Assembly (NCBI GenBank): GCA_016207825.1
Contig: JACQZI010000005.1
Location: forward strand, 108,949-172,948
Direction of reading: 5' to 3'
DNA from: Planctomycetota bacterium
GTDB taxonomy: Bacteria; Planctomycetota; MHYJ01; JACQXL01; JACQZI01
DNA length: 64,000 bases
Shown here: positions 53,921 through 61,199 of the stretch, one piece after another
Position numbering within the stretch: the stretch's first letter is position 1
Layout of the letters: every line of letters starts with the position of its first letter
Position numbers and translations under genes: made by a program
The notes under the pieces: model-generated
Database searches by the model: none
What the model saw: the letters and a program-made list of their open reading frames with translations, nothing else
Told to the model about the DNA's origin: nothing

Positions 53921-53978
53921 AAATTGTTTTTATATAAAATCGAGGGTTCCGATCCGCTTAGGGTAAAAACAGCGGGCC

Positions 53979-55001
53979 TTAACTTCGCTTTTTCGGAATG
54001 CCTGATATTTGTTTCATTATCACATCAACCGATTTATAAACATTCGTCTTGCCGCTTAAAATCTCATCAACAGATTTATCGATAAGCGTCCTTATTTTTT
54101 TATCATTGCCGATAAAGTCCTCGAACTCCTTGAAAACGAGCGACTTTAGTTTCTCTTTGACGATAAGTTTGCGCTTCAGGGATAACTCCCCGCTTTCTTT
54201 CAAGTGATGCCAGCGCTCTTCTAGAAAACCCAGGACCTCCGTGATGCCGACTGAATTGATTGCCTCGGTCTTGAATATGGGAATAGCGGTTTTGCATCCA
54301 TCCGAGAGCGAAGTCTTATTCCGGCAATTCAAGGATATTTCGCCCCCCGAAGTTTCACTTGGGGGACTCCATTTCATTTCGCACGTGTTCCTAATGGCAT
54401 CTATCAGGTTATCCGCACCGGGCCGGTCGGATTTATTCATCACGATTACATCGGCTATCTCCATGATACCCGCCTTCATCGCCTGGATGGCGTCGCCTGA
54501 TTCGGGCGAAAGGACGAGGATGGTCGTATCTACATTCTTGAATATCTCTATCTCGGACTGGCCCACCCCGACCGTTTCTATGATGACGTATGATTTGCCG
54601 GAAGCATCGATGATATCCGCCGCGTCGGAGGTGCTCCGGCTGATGCCGCCTATCCAGCCGCGGGTAGCCATGCTCCTGATAAAAACGCCGGCATCAATCC
54701 CGATTTTCTGCATCCTGATACGGTCGCCCAGGATTGCCCCGCCGCTGAAGATACTCGAAGGGTCAATGGCGATAATGCCGACCGTTTTATTGCGCTTCCG
54801 CAAATTTATGGCCAGCTCGTCGACCAGGGTGCTTTTCCCCACGCCGGGCGGCCCAGTAATCCCTATCCGGTGTGCTTTACCCAGGTGCGGGTAAAGTGCT
54901 GATAAAAGCTTGGTGGATTTATCGGCGTCGTTTTCAACCAGCGAAATAGCCTTGGCCAAGCTCGGCTTATCTCCGGCTAAAATCTTTTTCTTATCAATCA
55001 T
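53979..55001 (-). CDS. meaB: MeaB/ArgK-type G3E GTPase (mutase-associated chaperone family)
   Basis: GITGPPGVGKSTL, ETVGVGQSE and MNKSD. Contains an apparent 25-aa insertion (see findings). Confidence 0.8.
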   Translation of the reverse strand: MIDKKKILAGDKPSLAKAISLVENDADKSTKLLSALYPHLGKAHRIGITGPPGVGKSTLVDELAINLRKRNKTVGIIAIDPSSIFSGGAILGDRIRMQKIGIDAGVFIRSMATRGWIGGISRSTSDAADIIDASGKSYVIIETVGVGQSEIEIFKNVDTTILVLSPESGDAIQAMKAGIMEIADVIVMNKSDRPGADNLIDAIRNTCEMKWSPPSETSGGEISLNCRNKTSLSDGCKTAIPIFKTEAINSVGITEVLGFLEERWHHLKESGELSLKRKLIVKEKLKSLVFKEFEDFIGNDKKIRTLIDKSVDEILSGKTNVYKSVDVIMKQISGIPKKRS

Positions 55002-55002
55002 T

Positions 55003-56172
55003 TTATTGGCGCGAAGAAACCCAGTTTTTGCCGAATAATTCCTTGTTTATGACTATTCGCTGGATTTCTGACGTGCCTTCGTAAATTTCCGTTACTTTGG
55101 CGTCGCGGAAAAACCTCTCCACCGCAAACTCCTTGGTATAACCCATCCCGCCGTGTATCTGGACGGTTTCCTTGGCCGCCTTATTGCATACGGTCGAGGC
55201 GAATAATTTCGCCATGCAAGCCTCTTTTATATGGGGCTGTTTTTTATCTTTGAGCAAAGCCGCCTGGTAAGTCGAAAGCCGGGCGGCATTTATTTCTGTG
55301 GCCATATCGGCTATCTTCCACTGTATTGCCTGGAATTCCGCCAGTGCCTTGCCGAATTGTTTCCGCTCCTGCGCGTATTTCATCGCGGCGTCAAGGCATG
55401 CCTGGGCAATACCAACAGACTGCGCGGCAATCCCGATTCGGCCGCTGTTTAAAAGTTCCATCGCGAGATTAAACCCCTTGTTTTCCTCGCCCAGCATGTT
55501 TTCCGCCGGCACGGCGCAATCTTCCAAGACAATCTCGCTCGCTTTGGCGCCTTTTACGCCCATTTTTTCCTCGATTGTGCCAAGCTTAAAACCCTTGAAT
55601 GACGGCTCAACCAAAAACGCGCTGATGCCTTTGCCCCTCAAAGATTTATCCGGATTGGTCCGGGCAAAGACAATCGAAACACTGGCAATCGGGGCGCTCG
55701 TGATAAAAATCTTGTTGCCATTAAGGATATATTGATTGCCTTTCTTGTCCGCTTTGGTAATAAGCGAAGCGGCATCGCTTCCGGAAGCCGGCTCGGTCAA
55801 GGCGTATGCCCCGATAATTTCCCCACCGCCAAGCTTGGGCAGGTATTTCTTTTTCTGCTCGGTTGTCCCATATTTTACCAGTGCGTTGCAAACAAGAGAA
55901 TTATGGACGGACATGGTTACCGAGGTTGAGGCACAGACGCGGCTGATTTCTTCCAGGACCAAGACAAGTGAAAACGTATCCAGCCCCGCCCCGCCGAATT
56001 CATCCGGCACGATAATCCCCCAAAAGCCCAGTTCCGCCAGCTTCTTGATTACTTCCTGCGGTATCCGCTCCTCGCGGTCTATTTGCTTGGCGTATTTGGA
56101 AAGGGTTTCTTGGGCAAATTCGCGTGCGGTATCCCTGATTAGCTTCTTCTCTTCATTCAATTCGAACAACAT
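55003..56172 (-). CDS. acyl-CoA dehydrogenase (short/medium-chain type)
   Basis: Start taken at ATG 56170-56172 (MLFELNEEKK...) because a TATAAT lies between it and the TTG at 56214. Typical ACAD sequence (GAYALTEPASGSDA..., IYEGTSEIQR). Confidence 0.9.
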   Translation of the reverse strand: MLFELNEEKKLIRDTAREFAQETLSKYAKQIDREERIPQEVIKKLAELGFWGIIVPDEFGGAGLDTFSLVLVLEEISRVCASTSVTMSVHNSLVCNALVKYGTTEQKKKYLPKLGGGEIIGAYALTEPASGSDAASLITKADKKGNQYILNGNKIFITSAPIASVSIVFARTNPDKSLRGKGISAFLVEPSFKGFKLGTIEEKMGVKGAKASEIVLEDCAVPAENMLGEENKGFNLAMELLNSGRIGIAAQSVGIAQACLDAAMKYAQERKQFGKALAEFQAIQWKIADMATEINAARLSTYQAALLKDKKQPHIKEACMAKLFASTVCNKAAKETVQIHGGMGYTKEFAVERFFRDAKVTEIYEGTSEIQRIVINKELFGKNWVSSRQ

Positions 56173-56182
56173 AAGGTCGTTT

Positions 56183-56210
56183 ATTATAGGATTAATTAGC
56201 CCACTGTCAA
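56183..56210 (-). promoter_or_regulatory. consensus promoter giving a (near-)leaderless acd transcript
   Basis: On the minus strand: TTGACA (56205-56210), 16 bp, TATAAT (56183-56188). Ten nt separate the -10 from the ATG, and there is no SD. Confidence 0.5.
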
Positions 56211-56252
56211 ACAAATCAATCCGCCATCGCTCCGGAACAACGACCGTTTATG

Positions 56253-56333
56253 TCACTCTGAGCAGAGTAAAGAGCCTAATCCGTGAGAATAGATTCTTCT
56301 CCCGTCCCGCCTGGCGGGACCGGCTCAGAATGA
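56253..56333. repeat. MITE/REP-like element with terminal inverted repeats
   Basis: TCACTCTGAGC (56253-56263) versus GCTCAGAATGA (56323-56333). Inner hairpin is GTCCCGC-CTG-GCGGGAC (56304-56320). Confidence 0.5.
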
Positions 56334-56346
56334 TATGATAAAATGT

Positions 56347-56374
56347 TTGACCGATTCGGATACTTCGATATAAT
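56347..56374 (+). promoter_or_regulatory. consensus promoter giving a short-leader/leaderless transcript
   Basis: TTGACC (56347-56352), 16 bp, TATAAT (56369-56374). Thirteen nt separate the -10 from ATG 56388, and there is no SD. Confidence 0.5.
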
Positions 56375-56387
56375 CTATTTAAGACGT

Positions 56388-58958
56388 ATGGTCACCATTA
56401 AAATAAACAATGCCGAATTAACCGTCGCGGAAGGATTAACCATCCTCAAAGCGGCGCTGGCGAATAATATCTATATCCCGCACCTTTGCGCACATCCGGA
56501 TTTGCCGCCTTCGCAGGATTCAAGGACTTCCGATAAAATATTCCGCGGCGACCTCAAATCAACTAATGAACCGGTGAACAATTTAACCGAAGTCATCGGC
56601 TGCCAGTTATGCCTGGTTAAAATAGGCGGGGTGGATAAGCCTCAGCGTTCTTGCGCCACGATAGTTAAAAACGGGATGTCCATAGAAACTGATACACCGG
56701 AATTATTGTCCCTTCGGAAGGACAATCTCTCTAAAATAATTGCCGAGCACCCGCATTCCTGCCTGACCTGCGCCCAGCATGAAGGCTGTTCCTTGACCCA
56801 ATGCTCCAGCAACGTCCCTAATAACGAGCGGTGCTGTCCCAAATTCGGCAAATGCGAACTGCAAAAGGTCTCCGAGTATATCGGCATCAAGGCAGAAACG
56901 CCCCGCTACAAACCCAAGGAGATGCCTGTTATCGAAATAGACCCGCTTATCAAGCGCAATTATAACTTATGCATCGGCTGCACCAGATGCGTGCGCACCT
57001 GCAAAGACCTGCGCGGGATAGAGGCATTGGGATTTGTCATAATCGGCGGCAAGGTTGTTGTCGGCTCGCATGAACCGGCGCTTAAGGATTCCGGATGCAA
57101 GTTCTGCGGAGCGTGCATAGAAGTCTGCCCGACCGGCGCGCTTATGGATAAAGATGTAAAATCAACCGAGCGCGAAACGGATTTAATCCCCTGCAAATAC
57201 ACCTGCCCGGCGGGCATTAATGTCCCTGAATATATCCGCCAAGTAAAACTGGGCAATCAGGATAAAGCATTGGAAGTGATAAAAGAATCGGTTCCGCTTC
57301 CCGCGGTTTTGGGGAATGTCTGCTTCCATCCCTGCGAGGAAGTCTGCCGCCGTAAGGAAGTTAACGAACCGATTGCAATCTGCGCACTCAAACGGTACGC
57401 AACAGATAATAGTACCGAAAAACCACAATCTAAAAACTCTAATCTAAAAACTAGCCACATTGCAGTGATTGGCTCAGGACCTTCCGGACTGACTGCCGCG
57501 TATTATCTTGCCAAAGAAGGTTATCCGGTAACCGTATTTGAATCACAGCCCAAGGCCGGCGGGATGATGCGTTACGGCATCCCGGCTTACCGGCTGCCTG
57601 ATGAAATACTGGACGCGGATTTAAAACACATCACGTCAAGCGGTGTGGAGATAAAACTGAACCAGACTCTCGGAAAAGATTTCACCGTGGAAAGCCTTAA
57701 AAAAGACGGATTTAAAACCATCCTTATTTCTACCGGCGCCCAGATGGCCAAACAAATCCCGCTTAAAGGATTAAATCTAACATCTGATACCCAACAACTA
57801 ACATCTGTATTATGGGCGATGGATTTCCTGCGCGGTGTCCGCCAGGGGAAAAAATACACAATCCCATCAAAAGTCTTGGTCATCGGCGGCGGGAACGTGG
57901 CAATAGATACAGCGCTTACCGCCAAGAGACTCGGCGCCAAGAGCGTTGAGATGGCATGCCTGGAATCAGCCGATGAAATGCCCGCCCATGACTGGGAAAT
58001 AGAACAGGCGCGCGAGGAAGGGATAACCATAAATAATTCCTGGGGTCCGGAGGAGCTTATCGGAGATTCCAACTGCGTCAAAGGCGTCTGCTTCACCAAG
58101 TGCACCGCGGTTTTTTCCGCCGAAGGCGGATCCGCCTTTGGCGGAGACTCTGCTAAACGCTTCAATCCCCAGTTTGACAAGTCCGTTACCCATAAAATAG
58201 AGGCGGATATGGTCATTCTTGCCATCGGCCAGAAACCGGATAAGGAATTGCTCCAAAAGATGGGATTGGATGTGGCAAATTCCGGCGCAATCAAGGTGGA
58301 TGAAAATTCACTGGAAACAAATCAGCCCGGCATCTTTGCCTGCGGTGAAGCCGCGCATAATCCGAGCTCGGTCATCCAATCTATCGCCGAAGGAAAGAAG
58401 GTTGCCGTCTCGATTGACAAGCATCTCGGCGGCGACGGCAAACTTGTAACTTCTAGCATGAAACTTCTAACTCCTAATCCCCTCTTCGGCCGCGATGAAT
58501 CCTTCTCCTCCTGGCAGCGCGTCAAGATGCCCACGAGACCGATAGCGGAAAGGGTAAATGATTTCGGGCAGATAGAAAAGGGGTTCAGTAAAGACAATGC
58601 GATAAAAGAAGCCGCGCGGTGCTTGCAATGCGATATGCGGTTCTGCATCACGCCGGTTACCTTCCCGCCCAAGAAAGAGTCGCACCTAAAGTTTGACGCC
58701 CAATCACTTGACGCAGTCCCGGAAAAGGAAGGCGTATATCAGTTGCTGGATGACGCCAAGAACGTGCTGATTATAAAAGGGGTAGCAAACCTGAAAGAGG
58801 GACTGAAGGAACAGCTCTCAAATAGCAAGGCAAAGCATTTCACCTTTGAGCTTGAACCGTATTATACCAAGCGCGAAAGTGAATTGATACAGCATTATAT
58901 CTCCCAGCACGGCAAGATGCCCGAAGGCTCAAGCAGTGAACTGGATGATTTGTTTTAG
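56388..58958 (+). CDS. fusion oxidoreductase: NuoG-N-like [2Fe-2S]/[4Fe-4S] module plus GltD/SudA-type FAD/NAD(P)H module plus an unusual C-terminal extension
   Basis: MVTIKINNAELTVAEGLTIL... (2Fe-2S ferredoxin-like). Cys clusters CLTCAQHEGC, CIGCTRCVRTC and CKFCGACIEVCP. GltD-like CPAGINVPEY...CFHPCEEVC. Dinucleotide folds VIGSGPSGLTAA and VIGGGNVAID. The track start 56343 is upstream of the promoter -10. Confidence 0.8.
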   Translation: MVTIKINNAELTVAEGLTILKAALANNIYIPHLCAHPDLPPSQDSRTSDKIFRGDLKSTNEPVNNLTEVIGCQLCLVKIGGVDKPQRSCATIVKNGMSIETDTPELLSLRKDNLSKIIAEHPHSCLTCAQHEGCSLTQCSSNVPNNERCCPKFGKCELQKVSEYIGIKAETPRYKPKEMPVIEIDPLIKRNYNLCIGCTRCVRTCKDLRGIEALGFVIIGGKVVVGSHEPALKDSGCKFCGACIEVCPTGALMDKDVKSTERETDLIPCKYTCPAGINVPEYIRQVKLGNQDKALEVIKESVPLPAVLGNVCFHPCEEVCRRKEVNEPIAICALKRYATDNSTEKPQSKNSNLKTSHIAVIGSGPSGLTAAYYLAKEGYPVTVFESQPKAGGMMRYGIPAYRLPDEILDADLKHITSSGVEIKLNQTLGKDFTVESLKKDGFKTILISTGAQMAKQIPLKGLNLTSDTQQLTSVLWAMDFLRGVRQGKKYTIPSKVLVIGGGNVAIDTALTAKRLGAKSVEMACLESADEMPAHDWEIEQAREEGITINNSWGPEELIGDSNCVKGVCFTKCTAVFSAEGGSAFGGDSAKRFNPQFDKSVTHKIEADMVILAIGQKPDKELLQKMGLDVANSGAIKVDENSLETNQPGIFACGEAAHNPSSVIQSIAEGKKVAVSIDKHLGGDGKLVTSSMKLLTPNPLFGRDESFSSWQRVKMPTRPIAERVNDFGQIEKGFSKDNAIKEAARCLQCDMRFCITPVTFPPKKESHLKFDAQSLDAVPEKEGVYQLLDDAKNVLIIKGVANLKEGLKEQLSNSKAKHFTFELEPYYTKRESELIQHYISQHGKMPEGSSSELDDLF

Positions 58959-59053
58959 GCAATAAACAACGGGATTAAACGCCTGCCCGTCCAGAGCAAA
59001 GCGTAGGCGGGGATTATCCATCCAAGAGTAAACAAGCCGCTGATTACGATGAT

Positions 59054-60397
59054 TTATTCTCCCAACACCTGCGGCAGGAGCCAGGCATAGGCAAGCGGCA
59101 GGTAGATAACCTGTGTCGGTGTTATTTCATCCCAGCCGGCATAGTCGCGGGTAAAAACAATTATCTTCTTTGCCTTTATCCGCCTGCCGAAATTCACCAA
59201 CGCCCACCTGCCGGATTTCTCCAGAGGGAAATCATATAACGCGCCGACCAGGTGCCTGACCAATCCGTGCTTCAGGCAGAAGCCGGTAACATCGCTCGTC
59301 TCGCTCGCCCAATATTTTATATCTTTTATCCACGGAATAAACCGCAATTCGTTATAGACTAAATTATCAATAAGCGCTTTCCGGTCTGTGCGGGTATCAA
59401 TTGGCTGGAATGAATCTGCCAGCATATTCCTTAACCCATTGTCATTGAAATATAAAATCGGCGCACCTTTATCAGGATAAGGGAAAACCTTATTAACGCA
59501 ATAATCGGATTCAAGCGCATCTATAAAAGCCGAAACCTTGCGCCATTCTGCCTTGATTTCCTGTGCTAACTTATTAACGTTTAAGACCGTACCGTGTATG
59601 CGGGTTAACTCGTCCAGAATCTTCCTTTGTTGGGTTTGCTCTAACCGTTCTTGCTTGGACTTGGGCTGGTGGGAAAACTGAGCCTGGTAAATCTTCCGCA
59701 AAATAGCCGGACGCTTGGAAAGGGTATATTCCTTAACCGTTTCGGCGTATCCGCCGTAACGCAGGTATCCATCCAAAACAGGAAGCGCTAAGGTGTAAAA
59801 ACTGCTTTTGGGCAAATCCTTTATTTTCTCCGGCAGTTTGTATTTAGGCAGGTAAATATTATTCGGGTTAAGCATCCGGTTCCAGTATTCCGTGTAAGAG
59901 ACCATACCGAGTTCAAATCTTTGAATATTGTCATTCTGACCCCGATTACTGTCGGGGGAAGAATCTCTAACCGAACTCGCCATAATTAGTTTACTATTAT
60001 CCATTAACTTTTCCAGCTCCTGAACCATGGCGGAATCAAGGTGCTGGACTTCATCAAGGAAAATCCAGAGCCGTGTTTTCTTATCCGGGCTGAATCCGTT
60101 AATGAATCCGGCGACATCATCCGCTCCGGTGAATCCTTCGCGCGTCAGGACATCGTCCAGATTAAAATAGAATATGGCGGAAGGCGGAATCGACTTTTCC
60201 TTGATAAGGTGTCTGATAGTCAATTGAAGAAGAGTGGTTTTTCCCGCACCGCGCGGGCCGGAAAGGAGTATCGGCTTATCGCCTTTAAGCGCGTCCAATA
60301 ATTTGGGCAATAATGAACGGTCAAAAGACCAGCTTATGAGTTTGGATTCATCCTGGCGCCAAGGGTTTTGCTGTAGGAAATTCTCCGCATTAAACAT
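59054..60397 (-). CDS. AAA+ superfamily ATPase (COG1373-like, AAA_14 plus DUF4143-type)
   Basis: ATG 60395-60397 after AAAGGAG; the track start 60421 is a GTG inside a repeat. Walker A is LSGPRGAGKTTLL and Walker B-like is WIFLDEVQ. Confidence 0.7.
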   Translation of the reverse strand: MFNAENFLQQNPWRQDESKLISWSFDRSLLPKLLDALKGDKPILLSGPRGAGKTTLLQLTIRHLIKEKSIPPSAIFYFNLDDVLTREGFTGADDVAGFINGFSPDKKTRLWIFLDEVQHLDSAMVQELEKLMDNSKLIMASSVRDSSPDSNRGQNDNIQRFELGMVSYTEYWNRMLNPNNIYLPKYKLPEKIKDLPKSSFYTLALPVLDGYLRYGGYAETVKEYTLSKRPAILRKIYQAQFSHQPKSKQERLEQTQQRKILDELTRIHGTVLNVNKLAQEIKAEWRKVSAFIDALESDYCVNKVFPYPDKGAPILYFNDNGLRNMLADSFQPIDTRTDRKALIDNLVYNELRFIPWIKDIKYWASETSDVTGFCLKHGLVRHLVGALYDFPLEKSGRWALVNFGRRIKAKKIIVFTRDYAGWDEITPTQVIYLPLAYAWLLPQVLGE

Positions 60398-60478
60398 AAA
60401 AACTCCTTTCCTTTTTGCCACAAAGACACCAAGCCACTAAGAAAAATTAGACCTTTCTTTGCGCCTTTGCGGTGAACC

Positions 60479-60544
60479 TTGTCAACTCAAATCTTCCACT
60501 TTGTCAAGTCTTTTCTTCCATTTTGTCAACCCAAATCTTCCGTT
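60479..60544. repeat. three direct 22-bp units each starting TTGTCAA
   Basis: TTGTCAACTCAAATCTTCCACT (60479), TTGTCAAGTCTTTTCTTCCATT (60501) and TTGTCAACCCAAATCTTCCGTT (60523). Confidence 0.85.
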
Positions 60545-60848
60545 TATTCTATAAAACTCAATATAATCAACAACCATCTTCAATATAGTGAGTTTCTTAT
60601 GTGCATTATATTAAAAATGTATCTTTTCATACCCCTCTGTGCCCTCTGTGGTCGTATTTTACCCCAAAAAAGTCGGTTATTTCGGCACGTTTTGCAGATA
60701 AAACCTACTTTTATTACAAGAATCTATTCAATTTTACCCATCAAATGGGCTGATTACGTGTTATATTGAGTATTATACCATAAGAAGTCGGTTATTTCAA
60801 CAATTTCTGCCTATGGGGGTGGGGGTACCCTACCCCTACTCCACCCTA

Positions 60849-61112
60849 ACCATACCTCTACTCCATAGTGACCATTACTATACTCCGGTGTAATCATACC
60901 CCTACTCCCCTGTAATGGCTATAATACTCTGGTCTAACCATACCTCTACTCTATGGTGACCATACAGATACTCCCCTCTAACCATACTCCTATCCCCTTG
61001 GTGCGTAGCCTCCCCTTGGGGATAGCCATATCTATACTCTATAGTAGCCATACCTCTACTCCATGGTGACCATACCTCTACCTAGGTATAATCACACCCC
61101 TACTCCATGATA
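60849..61112. repeat. array of ~12 tandem 22-bp units (consensus ACCATACCTCTACTCCATGGTG)
   Basis: Units start at 60849, 60871, 60893, 60915, 60937, 60959, 60981, (61004, degenerate), 61024, 61046, 61069 and 61091. Two units are 23 bp and the degenerate one is 20 bp. The array is preceded by the palindromic G/C run GGGGGTGGGGGTACCCTACCCCTAC (60815-60839). Confidence 0.9.
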
Positions 61113-61199
61113 GGAATAGATATACTTACAGAGTGGATTACTAACCATCATAGGTAACACTTTGGCTCTGTTCGGAATAGCATTACCAATAACTTCCCA

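Noticed and set aside
53979-56172. Considered meaB-acd adjacency (1-nt gap, no mutase gene in the window) as a novel pathway signal.
   Set aside because: The mutase could simply lie elsewhere. Adjacency alone is weak evidence, and nothing in the sequence distinguishes it from ordinary acyl-CoA metabolism.
60479-60769. 96-aa ORF, and similar ORFs at 11513..11776, 12303..12494, 8653..8919 and 7302..7659.
   Set aside because: They are translations of repeat or hairpin DNA (for example ...PLCALCG... from CTCTGTGCC CTCTGTGG). They lack SD signals and overlap intergenic elements.
34967-61112. Considered whether the two same-orientation arrays delimit a 26-kb mobile element.
   Set aside because: The interval contains housekeeping-type genes (ABC exporter, meaB, acd, oxidoreductase) at backbone G+C. 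No integrase, transposase or conjugation genes are present, and the two units are only loosely similar.
60398-61199. Considered a replication origin (oriC/oriV) call for the iteron-rich AT-rich gap.
   Set aside because: I found no TTATCCACA-type DnaA boxes and no dnaA/dnaN/rep genes nearby. It is kept only as one hypothesis in the findings.
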